Assembly (NCBI GenBank): GCA_051942245.1
Contig: JAVECL010000244.1
Coordinates: 1-33,264, forward strand
Source: Trypethelium eluteriae
Taxonomy: Eukaryota
Length of the DNA stretch: 33,264 nt
Reading direction: 5' to 3'
Shown: piece by piece, positions 24,586-33,264 of the stretch
Layout of the letters: the number at the start of each line of letters is the position of its first letter
How positions within the stretch are numbered: position 1 is the first letter of the stretch
Program-made: the position numbers and the translations under genes
Notes under the pieces: model-generated
What the model was told of the DNA's origin: nothing
The model's input: the letters and a program-made list of their open reading frames with translations, nothing else
Database searches by the model: none

Positions 24586-24651
24586 GGAGTAATCCAAATA
24601 TACCGCAGCCCCGTGAGATACGGGAGATGGCAAAGGCAGGAGCTGGTGCCT

Positions 24652-25928
24652 TCAACTGCTATTAACCATTCGCTGCGATTCTTTTGCTTCAATCCTCTTC
24701 ATAATATTGGCTCTCCATTCCTTATAGTCTTGGCGGCGCTCATCGCTCAGGTAGTCGACAGCCTGAACAAACATGGAGCTTAGGCCATGCTCGAAGTTCA
24801 CTGCTGACTGGTCTGTTGCTCCTGGTCTTATAGTATCTTCTCTCCCATCTGGGAACGCCGACCTTTCTCCCTCTTCGTTGGCCCCAAGTTGTTCTGTAAG
24901 CGCAACAAAGGCACTGGTCGTAAGTACTCCCTGTCCTTCCGGAATATTGGTGAACCATTCAAGATCAAGCCAGCCGGATTGTGCTTCGCGGATAAGTCTC
25001 TCAATGAGTACGCTAAAACCATCCGCATCGATCTCATCGAGAGGACGAGTTTCCTGAATGGCAGCGATTGCTTTTGCTTTTTGACTGACGTAGTCTCCTT
25101 GCGAAATGTCAGATGCAGAGAGTCGTGTCATAGTATATAAGTACAAAACCACTATGATTGCTGCGATTATATCGTCCTTGCTGTAAGCCGACACACCTGC
25201 TTGATTGTGTGTGGTCGCAGACCTGCTCGACCTGGGAGGCTCGTTGAAGCGGAGTATTGACTGTGCCGGATCCCACAATGTCATACTCTCCATATCTTTG
25301 GTACTAAGAACCGAGCATAGACCAGCATAGACGTGCGGTGTAGCAGCAGGCGCGTCTAAGGTCTTGCAAAGGTGCCGTATTGCTGGCATTGCCCAGGCTG
25401 GTACATCATTCTCGCACTCGTGCGCTGTGAGACTTCTTATTTTGCGCTTCCGCCCGGCAGGCCGCGCCGAATCTGGAGTCTGCACTTGGGAGGGATTAGA
25501 GCTGTTGGCTCGTTGCGGAGTCTTACTCGGTGAAGATACCCCATCCTCGCCCTTCCTTGTTCCTAATCTCTGCTTTTTTGGAGTGCGAGGCTCGTGGCCC
25601 GGTAGTACATTGCTGAAATATCGAAACAGCTTATTATAAACTCGAGGTGGGCATGGCGGCCGAGGGTCAATACTGGGAAGGTTCAGAGATTGCTTTAATC
25701 TAGAACAGTTATTTAAGAAAACGATCGAGGAGGTCAAGCGCTACGTTACCTGTCACAGGCTAGATGTGCGCATGCGTAGGTCCTTGCTATTTCCTCTTCG
25801 GGCTTCAAGCTGCCTGCTTTGTAACGTGATTGCGCCAGAAAGGAAGAAGATAGATCCACAAGCGAGGATGGAGGCAAATTAAGCGTTGGTAGTAAACTAG
25901 ATAGAGCTTGGTCAATGGATTTGTTCAT
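24652..25928 (-). CDS. ORC6: Origin recognition complex subunit 6. Exons 25928-25750, 25699-24652
   Basis: 'IDQAL..LLP....L..LS...LAQSR....LKPEEEIARTYACAHLAC.RL...L.LP....RPPCPPRVY.KL..Y' and C-terminal 'GL.SM...VDYLSDERR.DY..WR..I' match fungal Orc6. Confidence 0.88.
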
Positions 25929-26014
25929 TGTGGGGTCCTGCCTATTCAAACAGGTAACTGAAGCTCTTAGACAGTACCTATCGAAGGGAGACGCCGCCAG
26001 TGATTGGCGTTCCG

Positions 26015-26040
26015 ACGCGATCCAAACGCGCTGTCACGCG
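26015..26040. promoter_or_regulatory. Three ACGCG (MCB-like) cores in the ORC6/CLR2 divergent promoter
   Basis: ACGCG at 26015, 26026 and 26036, about 90-110 bp upstream of the ORC6 ATG. The MCB assignment is by analogy with yeast MBF sites. Confidence 0.5.
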
Positions 26041-26244
26041 CATGTGTGAGCTTCAGGTACTCTAGCACCTCTGTAATCCACAAATCAAAAGGTGCACCAC
26101 CACTCTTAGTTCAGCGACCTCACTTCCGTCGAGTCTAACAGCAATCCATCAAAGCTCGTCAGAAATAATCGCCAACTTGTGATCCCATCTAGCAATAAGC
26201 CACGTCGCAACTCTGCTGGACTAGGACCATGCGCTTAGCCCAAA

Positions 26245-28227
26245 ATGCCGCGCTTTTTTCCTCTATATGTGAGAAGATCTGATGGGAGGAGTGAGATAGC
26301 CAGCAAAAAGAGGCCAGAATCTAATGGCCCGACTCAAGAGCAGCTGGATCGCAAGGCCGATGCAAACGGGATCAGCGATTTCTACAGAGAAGTTGCGGAA
26401 GAAGAGATCAAGCATCAGGATTGGCGCAGGAAGCTAGGATGGATGCTTGTGAAAGAACTCGGTGGAGAAGAGCACAAAGATAAGAATTGCATCTTAGCAG
26501 CACTTCCCGAAGGCTACCGGCTATTTGAGCATGTCAAATGCAAGAGCACCGAAGCAGACGAGAATGCACAAGTTGTAGACAGCAAAGGCCAAAGGATTAA
26601 AACACACGCTGGTGGCGGCAACGAAAGACAAGATGCTTATCTCTATGGGCATCCCATTGGAAGGAGGAAGCGCTTTCGTTCACCCGCAGATTTCTTTCCC
26701 CATCTCCTCTGGTTATGTACCGATGAAGCTGGGGATCCAGACAATTGCACATGTAAGATTTGTGCACCTGACGAACTACAACCAGAAGACAAACTACCCA
26801 AACCAAGAGAGACCAAGAAAGAGCCCGTGAAAAAGGAGCCAGTCCAGCAGGAGCCGGTTGACAGCGACAAGCATCCAATCGTTGAGATAGTCAAGAGACC
26901 GCCTAGCCAGCAATCTCAGACGCCCAGCATCAAGCCATCTCCTTCACCAGCGCCTGCATCAAATCGACCAAATGTGCAGCCAACGACTCTCCCGCATGCT
27001 CGTACACTTGATCATCAGATTGATACTCAATACAACCAGTTCATGTTTCGGCCCGGTGAGATTGCCTGGTTCAACCGCGGGGCTGCTTGGGGCCTTGGAT
27101 TCATTACGAGGCGGTATGCATTTCAGTCATCCGAGCATCACGTTGCACGCCGTTATGTCATCCAGCCTCTATCTCATCCTCTGAGCTCATCTCCAGTCAT
27201 AACGCTGGAAGGAGATAACATGCTACGTCCTTGGCTTGCGTGGAGTGTGCCCCCTTTCACATGCAACAAACTTAACGAGATGACAGTGACGTATGAGAGC
27301 GCTGACTGGCACGGGATCTATCAGAAAAGATACGGAGATGGTGATGCTGAGGTTGATGGCAGTATTCTGGCGGCGAAATATATCGATGAAACTTTTACCC
27401 TCATCCAACCTCTCGGCAAGTCAACAGCTCGACCCGGGGCGGAAGAGACATACTGGAACGCCATGTACTTTGGGGCTGAAAAAGTCTGGCTGGGTGATCC
27501 GGTCCGGCTACGGATTGGTAGTGGATTAGATATCATGGTGGTCACTGGTATAGTTGAGAAAGCTCGGCCAGCCTACGGTGGTAATACTCTACAAAAGTCC
27601 GTCTACGTGGTTGGAGACATCTACACTATCGCAACAGTTCCGGACAAACAGTCTCCTCCGAGCAATACCCAACTTCCCCTTCGTTTAGACCAAGACCTTC
27701 GCTTCCGTAACTCGTGCACGGGCCCAACAAAGGGGACTCTATCATATTGGAAATTAATATCGGCTGGATCTCGTCTTGACCTATCAGATATCAAGGGTCG
27801 ATGGTATGAAGCCAGTCTGCTTTTACCCATGATCCAAGGTTCGGCGGCTTTTCAAGAAAGTGCAAGAAAAGGAGACATAAGCGATGCCAGTCTGCTCATG
27901 AATGGGCGTGGGGATTGCAATACTAGTGGTAATGGAATGAAAGCGGGTTCGGCAGGCGTACGTAAGGCGGAGAGGAAGGAGGCGCTGGGTCGCGCTGTTC
28001 CAGCAGGAACCACGGTCGTGGATGGGGTCACCCCACCCTCAGATGCTTACGCTCAAATGGCTATAACAGCGGAGACTGAGACAACAATGAATCAAAATGA
28101 TGAGGTAATCCCAGACCAGGGAGGTTCTCTTGAAGATTTCATGAACCTCGACTCGATCGAGCATGAATCGATGCCTGGGTTTGGACAGGAGTATGGGAGT
28201 CAGAATCAGGATCAGGGTTTCTACTGA
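26245..28227 (+). CDS. CLR2: Clr2-family transcriptional silencing protein (SHREC component homolog), single exon, 660 aa
   Basis: 'LPEGYRLFEH...RQDAYLYGHP.G..KRFRSP..F.PHL.WL....C.C..C', 'FRPGEIAW' and 'FGAEKVWLGDPVRL' are typical of fungal Clr2 domains. Confidence 0.8.
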   Translation: MPRFFPLYVRRSDGRSEIASKKRPESNGPTQEQLDRKADANGISDFYREVAEEEIKHQDWRRKLGWMLVKELGGEEHKDKNCILAALPEGYRLFEHVKCKSTEADENAQVVDSKGQRIKTHAGGGNERQDAYLYGHPIGRRKRFRSPADFFPHLLWLCTDEAGDPDNCTCKICAPDELQPEDKLPKPRETKKEPVKKEPVQQEPVDSDKHPIVEIVKRPPSQQSQTPSIKPSPSPAPASNRPNVQPTTLPHARTLDHQIDTQYNQFMFRPGEIAWFNRGAAWGLGFITRRYAFQSSEHHVARRYVIQPLSHPLSSSPVITLEGDNMLRPWLAWSVPPFTCNKLNEMTVTYESADWHGIYQKRYGDGDAEVDGSILAAKYIDETFTLIQPLGKSTARPGAEETYWNAMYFGAEKVWLGDPVRLRIGSGLDIMVVTGIVEKARPAYGGNTLQKSVYVVGDIYTIATVPDKQSPPSNTQLPLRLDQDLRFRNSCTGPTKGTLSYWKLISAGSRLDLSDIKGRWYEASLLLPMIQGSAAFQESARKGDISDASLLMNGRGDCNTSGNGMKAGSAGVRKAERKEALGRAVPAGTTVVDGVTPPSDAYAQMAITAETETTMNQNDEVIPDQGGSLEDFMNLDSIEHESMPGFGQEYGSQNQDQGFY

Positions 28228-29174
28228 GCACCTGAAAGACTTTCGCTTCTGCATTTTTCGGCGCTGTCCCTCTGCATTGTCAAGGGTGTAGCGTTGAAGT
28301 CTCAACTGTCATTGGGATGCGGAGGTGGTCACGCGGTAGGACATGGTCGCGTGTTGACGCCAGAGATGCCGTGAGTGATTGCATAAGGTACTGCTGGTAG
28401 TCAATGGGCGGAGACAGTTTCTCCTCATACTCATTGTAAACTAGAAGACAAGGCTTCAGAGCTAAATATCATTAATGTTCTCATCGAGACTTGAGGTTAA
28501 GTGGTGGTTTCAAAACACGATGATGTGCGTGGCACGGCCGTTTACATGCAGCCCTACTTCAACGATCGAAATAGAACCATTGGCGAAAGAGGTAGTGTGC
28601 AAATATCAGCACGCTTTACAGATATCAAAAATCGAAGCCTTCGAGAACAAAGGCATAAATTGCCGTGGTTGGCTTGACCGGAGAAGGCTGAGTTGAGGAG
28701 CAGTTGGGGGCGGTGTAGACGGTGCTAAAGCTAGGGGAGAACCTGTACTTAGATAGCGCGAGACGACGAACCAGGGTGTGTCGGATCATCGCACCCCTAG
28801 ACTGGTGCATCGAACCACGGTGCGCAGTAGGGTGGTAGGGTAGTCGGTTCTCGCCTGTTGTCAACACAACAAACCATCAGCTTCCAGTGCTAACATCGGA
28901 TGTGGAAGAGGTGAAGAGAGCGAAAGTTGTAGGTCTCGACGAGGAAAATGGCGGTGTTACGTCAATGGAGGTCCATGGCGTCCATGGCAATCATGTCAAT
29001 CGATGTTGGGCGAGGCAGAGCATCATCAGCATCACCAGGAGCACCAGCAGTGACCAGCATCGACCAGCATCGTCGCAATCGAACGGGCCAGAGCTGGGAT
29101 GAAATGGGACAAGATCGACGGGTGCGACAGGCGCCAAGGCTGGTAGTGGGTGTCGTGGGTGGCAAGAAGGCTCC

Positions 29175-29223
29175 CTAGTCGCTCTTGTCGCCCTAGTCGC
29201 TCTGATTAGTCGCTCTAGTCGCC
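29175..29223. repeat. Imperfect 9-bp tandem repeat (CTAGTCGCY x5)
   Basis: ctagtcgct cttgtcgcc ctagtcgct (ctga) ttagtcgct ctagtcgcc, immediately upstream of a CT-rich tract. Confidence 0.65.
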
Positions 29224-29525
29224 CGCCCTCCCACGCTCTGCTCTCCTCCAGCTTCCCCAATCCCATCTCACCTCCCCTCTACCACCACTGTTGCTGCACT
29301 CCTACTTTAGCATCCGTACTTCCGCCGTTGTCTTCTACATTCAACCGCTTTCGCATTCTCGTCCGATCTCTCTTTCGCTGTGCGACCCTCCTTCATACGC
29401 ATCCCCGCTGTCTCCTTTGTTACCTCGACGACAATCCAGGAGCCGCTCGATCCCCGATCTTGTTGCCTCTTCTACCTCCAGCCTCCCCGCTCTGTAAACC
29501 ATCTCAACTCCATCCTGCCACAATC

Positions 29526-30231
29526 ATGGCCAACTTCTACTATGGCACACCGCATCACATGAACTCACATTCGCCCAATTCATCTTCTCATCATCACCAC
29601 GGTGGTCGTCGTCGGGCCCCAAGACCGGGAACTAGTCACAGCCATCTCCACAAACAATACAACCGGACAAGGAATCTGAAAGAATCCCCGCCAGTTGAGG
29701 TACCTATTGCATCAGTATTCGTCAAGGAGTTCGAGGCTGCAAAGTCGTTCGATTTGGAGGATGATGAGCTCTTCTGCCCTTTCAACTTGCTCACTGAAGA
29801 TGATGTAAGTTGCCAACTGTCTCCAAACGATGCATCCCCGGTGTTTCGAGATGTGCCGGAGAGCATCATTTTTCCCCGTGTAAATACTTGATGTTGACAT
29901 GATGGGTCAGCTTCAATCCATCCATTCCTCTTCGTCCGACCGATCGTCCTTGTCCAGCGGCTCTCCCGAATCCTCTCCCCTCCAACCTCAAGTCCAGCCA
30001 ACGCCAAATCTCGTTCTGTCATCTGCGACGAATACTTTTAATCCTTCTCCAAGTTTCCAGCAAAGCCAGCCACAGCAACATCCACAGTCAAACAAACTTC
30101 ATCAACCGATGGCTCAGCGAGTCCGAAACGCGATACCCATCGTTGATCCAAACACTCGCAGCAATGTGAGTCCACCGCCATCCGTCTCGCCTGCCCGACA
30201 GATGCAGCACCAGTATGCTCGCCGATGGTAG
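29526..30231 (+). CDS. Hypothetical low-complexity protein, ~199 aa. Exons 29526-29804, 29911-30231
   Basis: ATG in good context (CAATCATGG) after a CT-rich leader. Intron GTAAGT...TTGAC...CAG joins the two ORFs in frame. Motifs 'FEAAKSFDLEDDELFCP', Ser-rich run and 'RNAIPIVDP'. Confidence 0.75.
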
Positions 30232-31471
30232 ACGCCTCGGGCCCTGACGCCATGATGCTGTCATAATCGCTGTCGTTGTCGTAGCGTACTGCGTTGCTGG
30301 TTGGGTAGGGCTTGCTTTGGACTGGACTGGACTGGAACATCATACGATACCCTTTTAATCTTCGATGCCTCTGATGATTCTACTGTACACATGCACGTTC
30401 CACCTTTTCCAATGTACTTAAAGCGAAGCCCCTTTAGACTGGGCAACGGCGTTTTCGATTTCACAGCGATTTTTTCCAATTGAAAAAAAGCAAAGACAGA
30501 AGCTACGTGGTTGTCAGGGAAATTATATACTGGTGTATTGGTCCATGTCTCTGAGCGTTGTTTGTTCATTGTTCCTGGTGTTGGGAGGCAAGTAGGAAAC
30601 TTGACGGTTATCAGCAAACACAACAAAACGATCTAGATGGTGCTCATGTCGATTAGGTTACGATGACAGACCTGTACAGCATTGACTGTTTGAAGAGAGG
30701 GAGTTTGTGTGTTCGATTGAGAGATGGTGTCTGGGCTGGGGCTTTCTTATTATCGTGTTGCACGGAATGGATACCAGACGGGCGAAGGCAACATGGGCAA
30801 CAATACGGCTGCATATATGGGTTTCCTTATCTCTGGCTTTGATCTTTGCTCAGCTAGCTGCTCGGCTTAGCTCTTGAGCTCGGTCTTATTCGCATCATTG
30901 TCTCGGCTCAGCGTTGTGCCAAATCGGAGGGTTCTGGATGGTTTCTTCTGTATATGAATGATGCGCTCCATTTCCCTTCGGCTTCGGTCTAGTGATATCA
31001 ACTCATACAAATTTACCTCTTTCGCTTCACTGAAGTTTTGATTCCCCAACCCCGGGTAATAATGTTTCTGCTCGCTTCGCTGTGTGTCAGATCTTGAAAC
31101 TTCGGAGCGGTGGCACGGTAACTAACATTGATTGTCAGATATTCTGGCGTTTCGACCCCAGAAACCGGAGTAGCAATGCCTCCATGTGATAATTAGGTAC
31201 CTCCATGATTCAGGGGTGGCCCAGGCCCTTGGAGCAAACTGCTGGTGACTTTGACACATTAATGACTTCATAGGTTGCCGAGGTAGAACTAGACTTTTAG
31301 TCCGTAGCAACGGCAACTTCTCACCTTTAGTTCCTTTCAAGCTCAAAGCTCTTAAAAATAATACTCCAAAATTCTTTGTGATCGACGACCAATTGACGCA
31401 ACCGTACAGACTTCAGCTACCTCTTCTCAATATTCCGTAACATCCTCAGTCTACTTTCGGCCCCTCCAACC

Positions 31472-32063
31472 ATGTCTTTGACCCTCCGGTCCTTCGCTTT
31501 TCAGCGTTCACTACGCCTTCGACCCGCTCTATGCACCCCATCACTCAGTCGCAACTATCGAGCAAGCGCGACGAGACTAGCTGGCAAAGAATCTGCATTG
31601 CGTACGAGCTTCTACCCAACCCCCACTGCCCCACTTCTTCAATTGTAGAAACATCGGTAACTGACTCGCGAGTCCCATGTAACAGATAACGAGACTCGTG
31701 CTGAGGAGGCAGAACATCATAAGCAGGACCAGTTACGGAAGCAGAAGGAAGGCAAAGGAGAATGGAAGGATGAGCTAGCATCGGACAGCGAGTCGATTGT
31801 GAGTTGTTGAATATTTCTCCGGGCACATATTCTCCTCTCCTTAAAATGGATGCTCTCAACCCCTTCGAGCAATTCCATGCATAACGAAGTGGAGTTCCTT
31901 CCTGGAATATAAAAGTACCATATCAAAGGACTTCGTAATTTGGGCTAATGCGATGCTCGGCATCACATAGGTCAAGGCGGATAGAGGCGAGATCGACGCA
32001 TCAGAAGAGACGATATCCAAGCTTCAAAAGGAGGCAGAGCAGATCGGAAAGAAGACGCATTAG
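31472..32063 (+). CDS. Small (~111 aa) putative mitochondrial protein, absent from the ORF track. Exons 31472-31601, 31686-31798, 31971-32063
   Basis: Spliced product MSLTLRSFAFQRSLRLRPALCTPSLSRNYRASATRLAGKESALHNETRAEEAEHHKQDQLRKQKEGKGEWKDELASDSESIVKADRGEIDASEETISKLQKEAEQIGKKTH*. It has an Arg/Ser-rich, acid-free presequence-like N-terminus, and both introns are canonical. Confidence 0.8.
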
Positions 32064-33264
32064 TAGGGAGACCGTAGGCTTATGGAAAGGACGAGTTCGC
32101 ACAACATGAGCTGCAGGACTCTAGTGAGGTAGAAGACAACACAAGACCCGCACCATGCGACTCCTAGACGTCAGAGATCGTTGATTGTTGGATATAGATT
32201 CTCTTGTATATCATCTCCATTCCTAATTGAAGAACTGTTCCTACTATCAGGTTCTCGGATCATTCAACGATTCGCATTGGCATATCCCACTAGCATATTT
32301 TCTTAATTTGTACCATACCCTTTATTTTCTGCATTTAGATGTGGTTGCCGTTTTGTGTTTTAACCACTGGGCTTTCTCTGGTACTTTTTTTTAGATGTCC
32401 TCTTCATGGGGGTTCGGCCTCCTCTCAAGTCCTGACTATTTGCGAGTCTTTCTAATTGTAGGACAGATCTTCTCTTGTTACCAACACTTTCCTTTGGTTA
32501 TGACCAATGAGACTTGCCCACACTCCCTGGTATCTCCTCTGGCTACAAGCTCCAGATTTTCTCAGGTTGCAATCACTGCTACTTCCCTAACCGCGATCAT
32601 TAAAACTACTAATTCTTGAGATCTGAATGCTGAGTGCCTTCCTGGGTAACACTTGACTTTCTGGAGGTGGCCGAAATGTTTTCCTCATGAAGACCACTAA
32701 TCTTGTTTCTCAGTCATAAACACTAGACTTCGTCTGCTTACAGAATGCCGTGCTTCAATCAAAGCCACTAAGCTTTAATCACGTGCATATGGGTTTTTCT
32801 GGTCCTCACTATTAGGATTCAGTCATAGGCAGTTCTGCTCATTGCTTTTCTTCTGGTATAGGTCCGCCATTGCCCTTTTCTGTTTCACACACGACTGAGC
32901 CCCAGCCTCTGGTTTATGTTTTCTAGCCGTTATCTGTAATGAAGCACACGAATTTCTCTGACATGTGGATTCCAAGGTTGCTTTCCAGAGCCTCTGTCAA
33001 CTTCATAGGATATGCCTCCATTTCGGTCCGCCAAATGCCTCTACGTCTCAGTCATTGTTCGCGCAGCGGTATCAACAGCTAAGTGTCAAATATGTTCACA
33101 CTTGTCTACATCTAAATTGCAGAAATGCAAAACCAGCTCATGCTATCCACTCCAGCGAGCCATCCCCAAAAGCCCTTGTCTTCCTCGCTAAAATCTCCTC
33201 CGCCTTCTCCCTAACCCCCTGCTTCCCCTTCCCCTCCTGCAAAAAATACCTCACCACCTCCTCC

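Noticed and set aside
28300..29170. Short ORFs and CAG/CAT-rich microrepeats
   Set aside because: Low-complexity promoter-like sequence with no coding signal.
30640..31400. Short minus-strand ORFs, possible gene relic
   Set aside because: No recognisable domain or consistent exon structure.
32100..33264. B-box-like GGTTCGGCCTCC (~32412) and a 74-aa ORF
   Set aside because: No cloverleaf can be built. The region looks intergenic and ends in a CT-rich tract that probably precedes a gene outside the window.

Overview
Intron-rich, gene-dense eukaryotic DNA from a filamentous ascomycete. Short GT-AG introns with CTRAC/CTRAY branch sites and the gene content suggest Pezizomycotina, possibly Eurotiomycetes; the taxon is an inference. 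Housekeeping genes in order: UPF3 (3' end off-window), SIT4/PP6, PRMT5/HSL7, PRP43, ELC1, UBA2, queuosine salvage hydrolase QNG1 (DUF2419), ORC6, CLR2, then two small spliced hypothetical genes. Between ELC1 and UBA2 is a ~9 kb accessory-looking divergent pair: a NACHT/C2H2/ankyrin NLR-like gene with an in-frame TAG, and a 13-exon RAD5/16-like SNF2 ATPase. The standout is at 3966-4154: an intact tRNA-Leu(UAG) split into four pieces by one canonical 9-nt anticodon-loop intron plus two 50-nt spliceosomal-type GT...branch...AG introns, one in the D-loop (A box) and one in the T-loop (B box). All exon/intron models were read manually from the sequence; no database searches were run.
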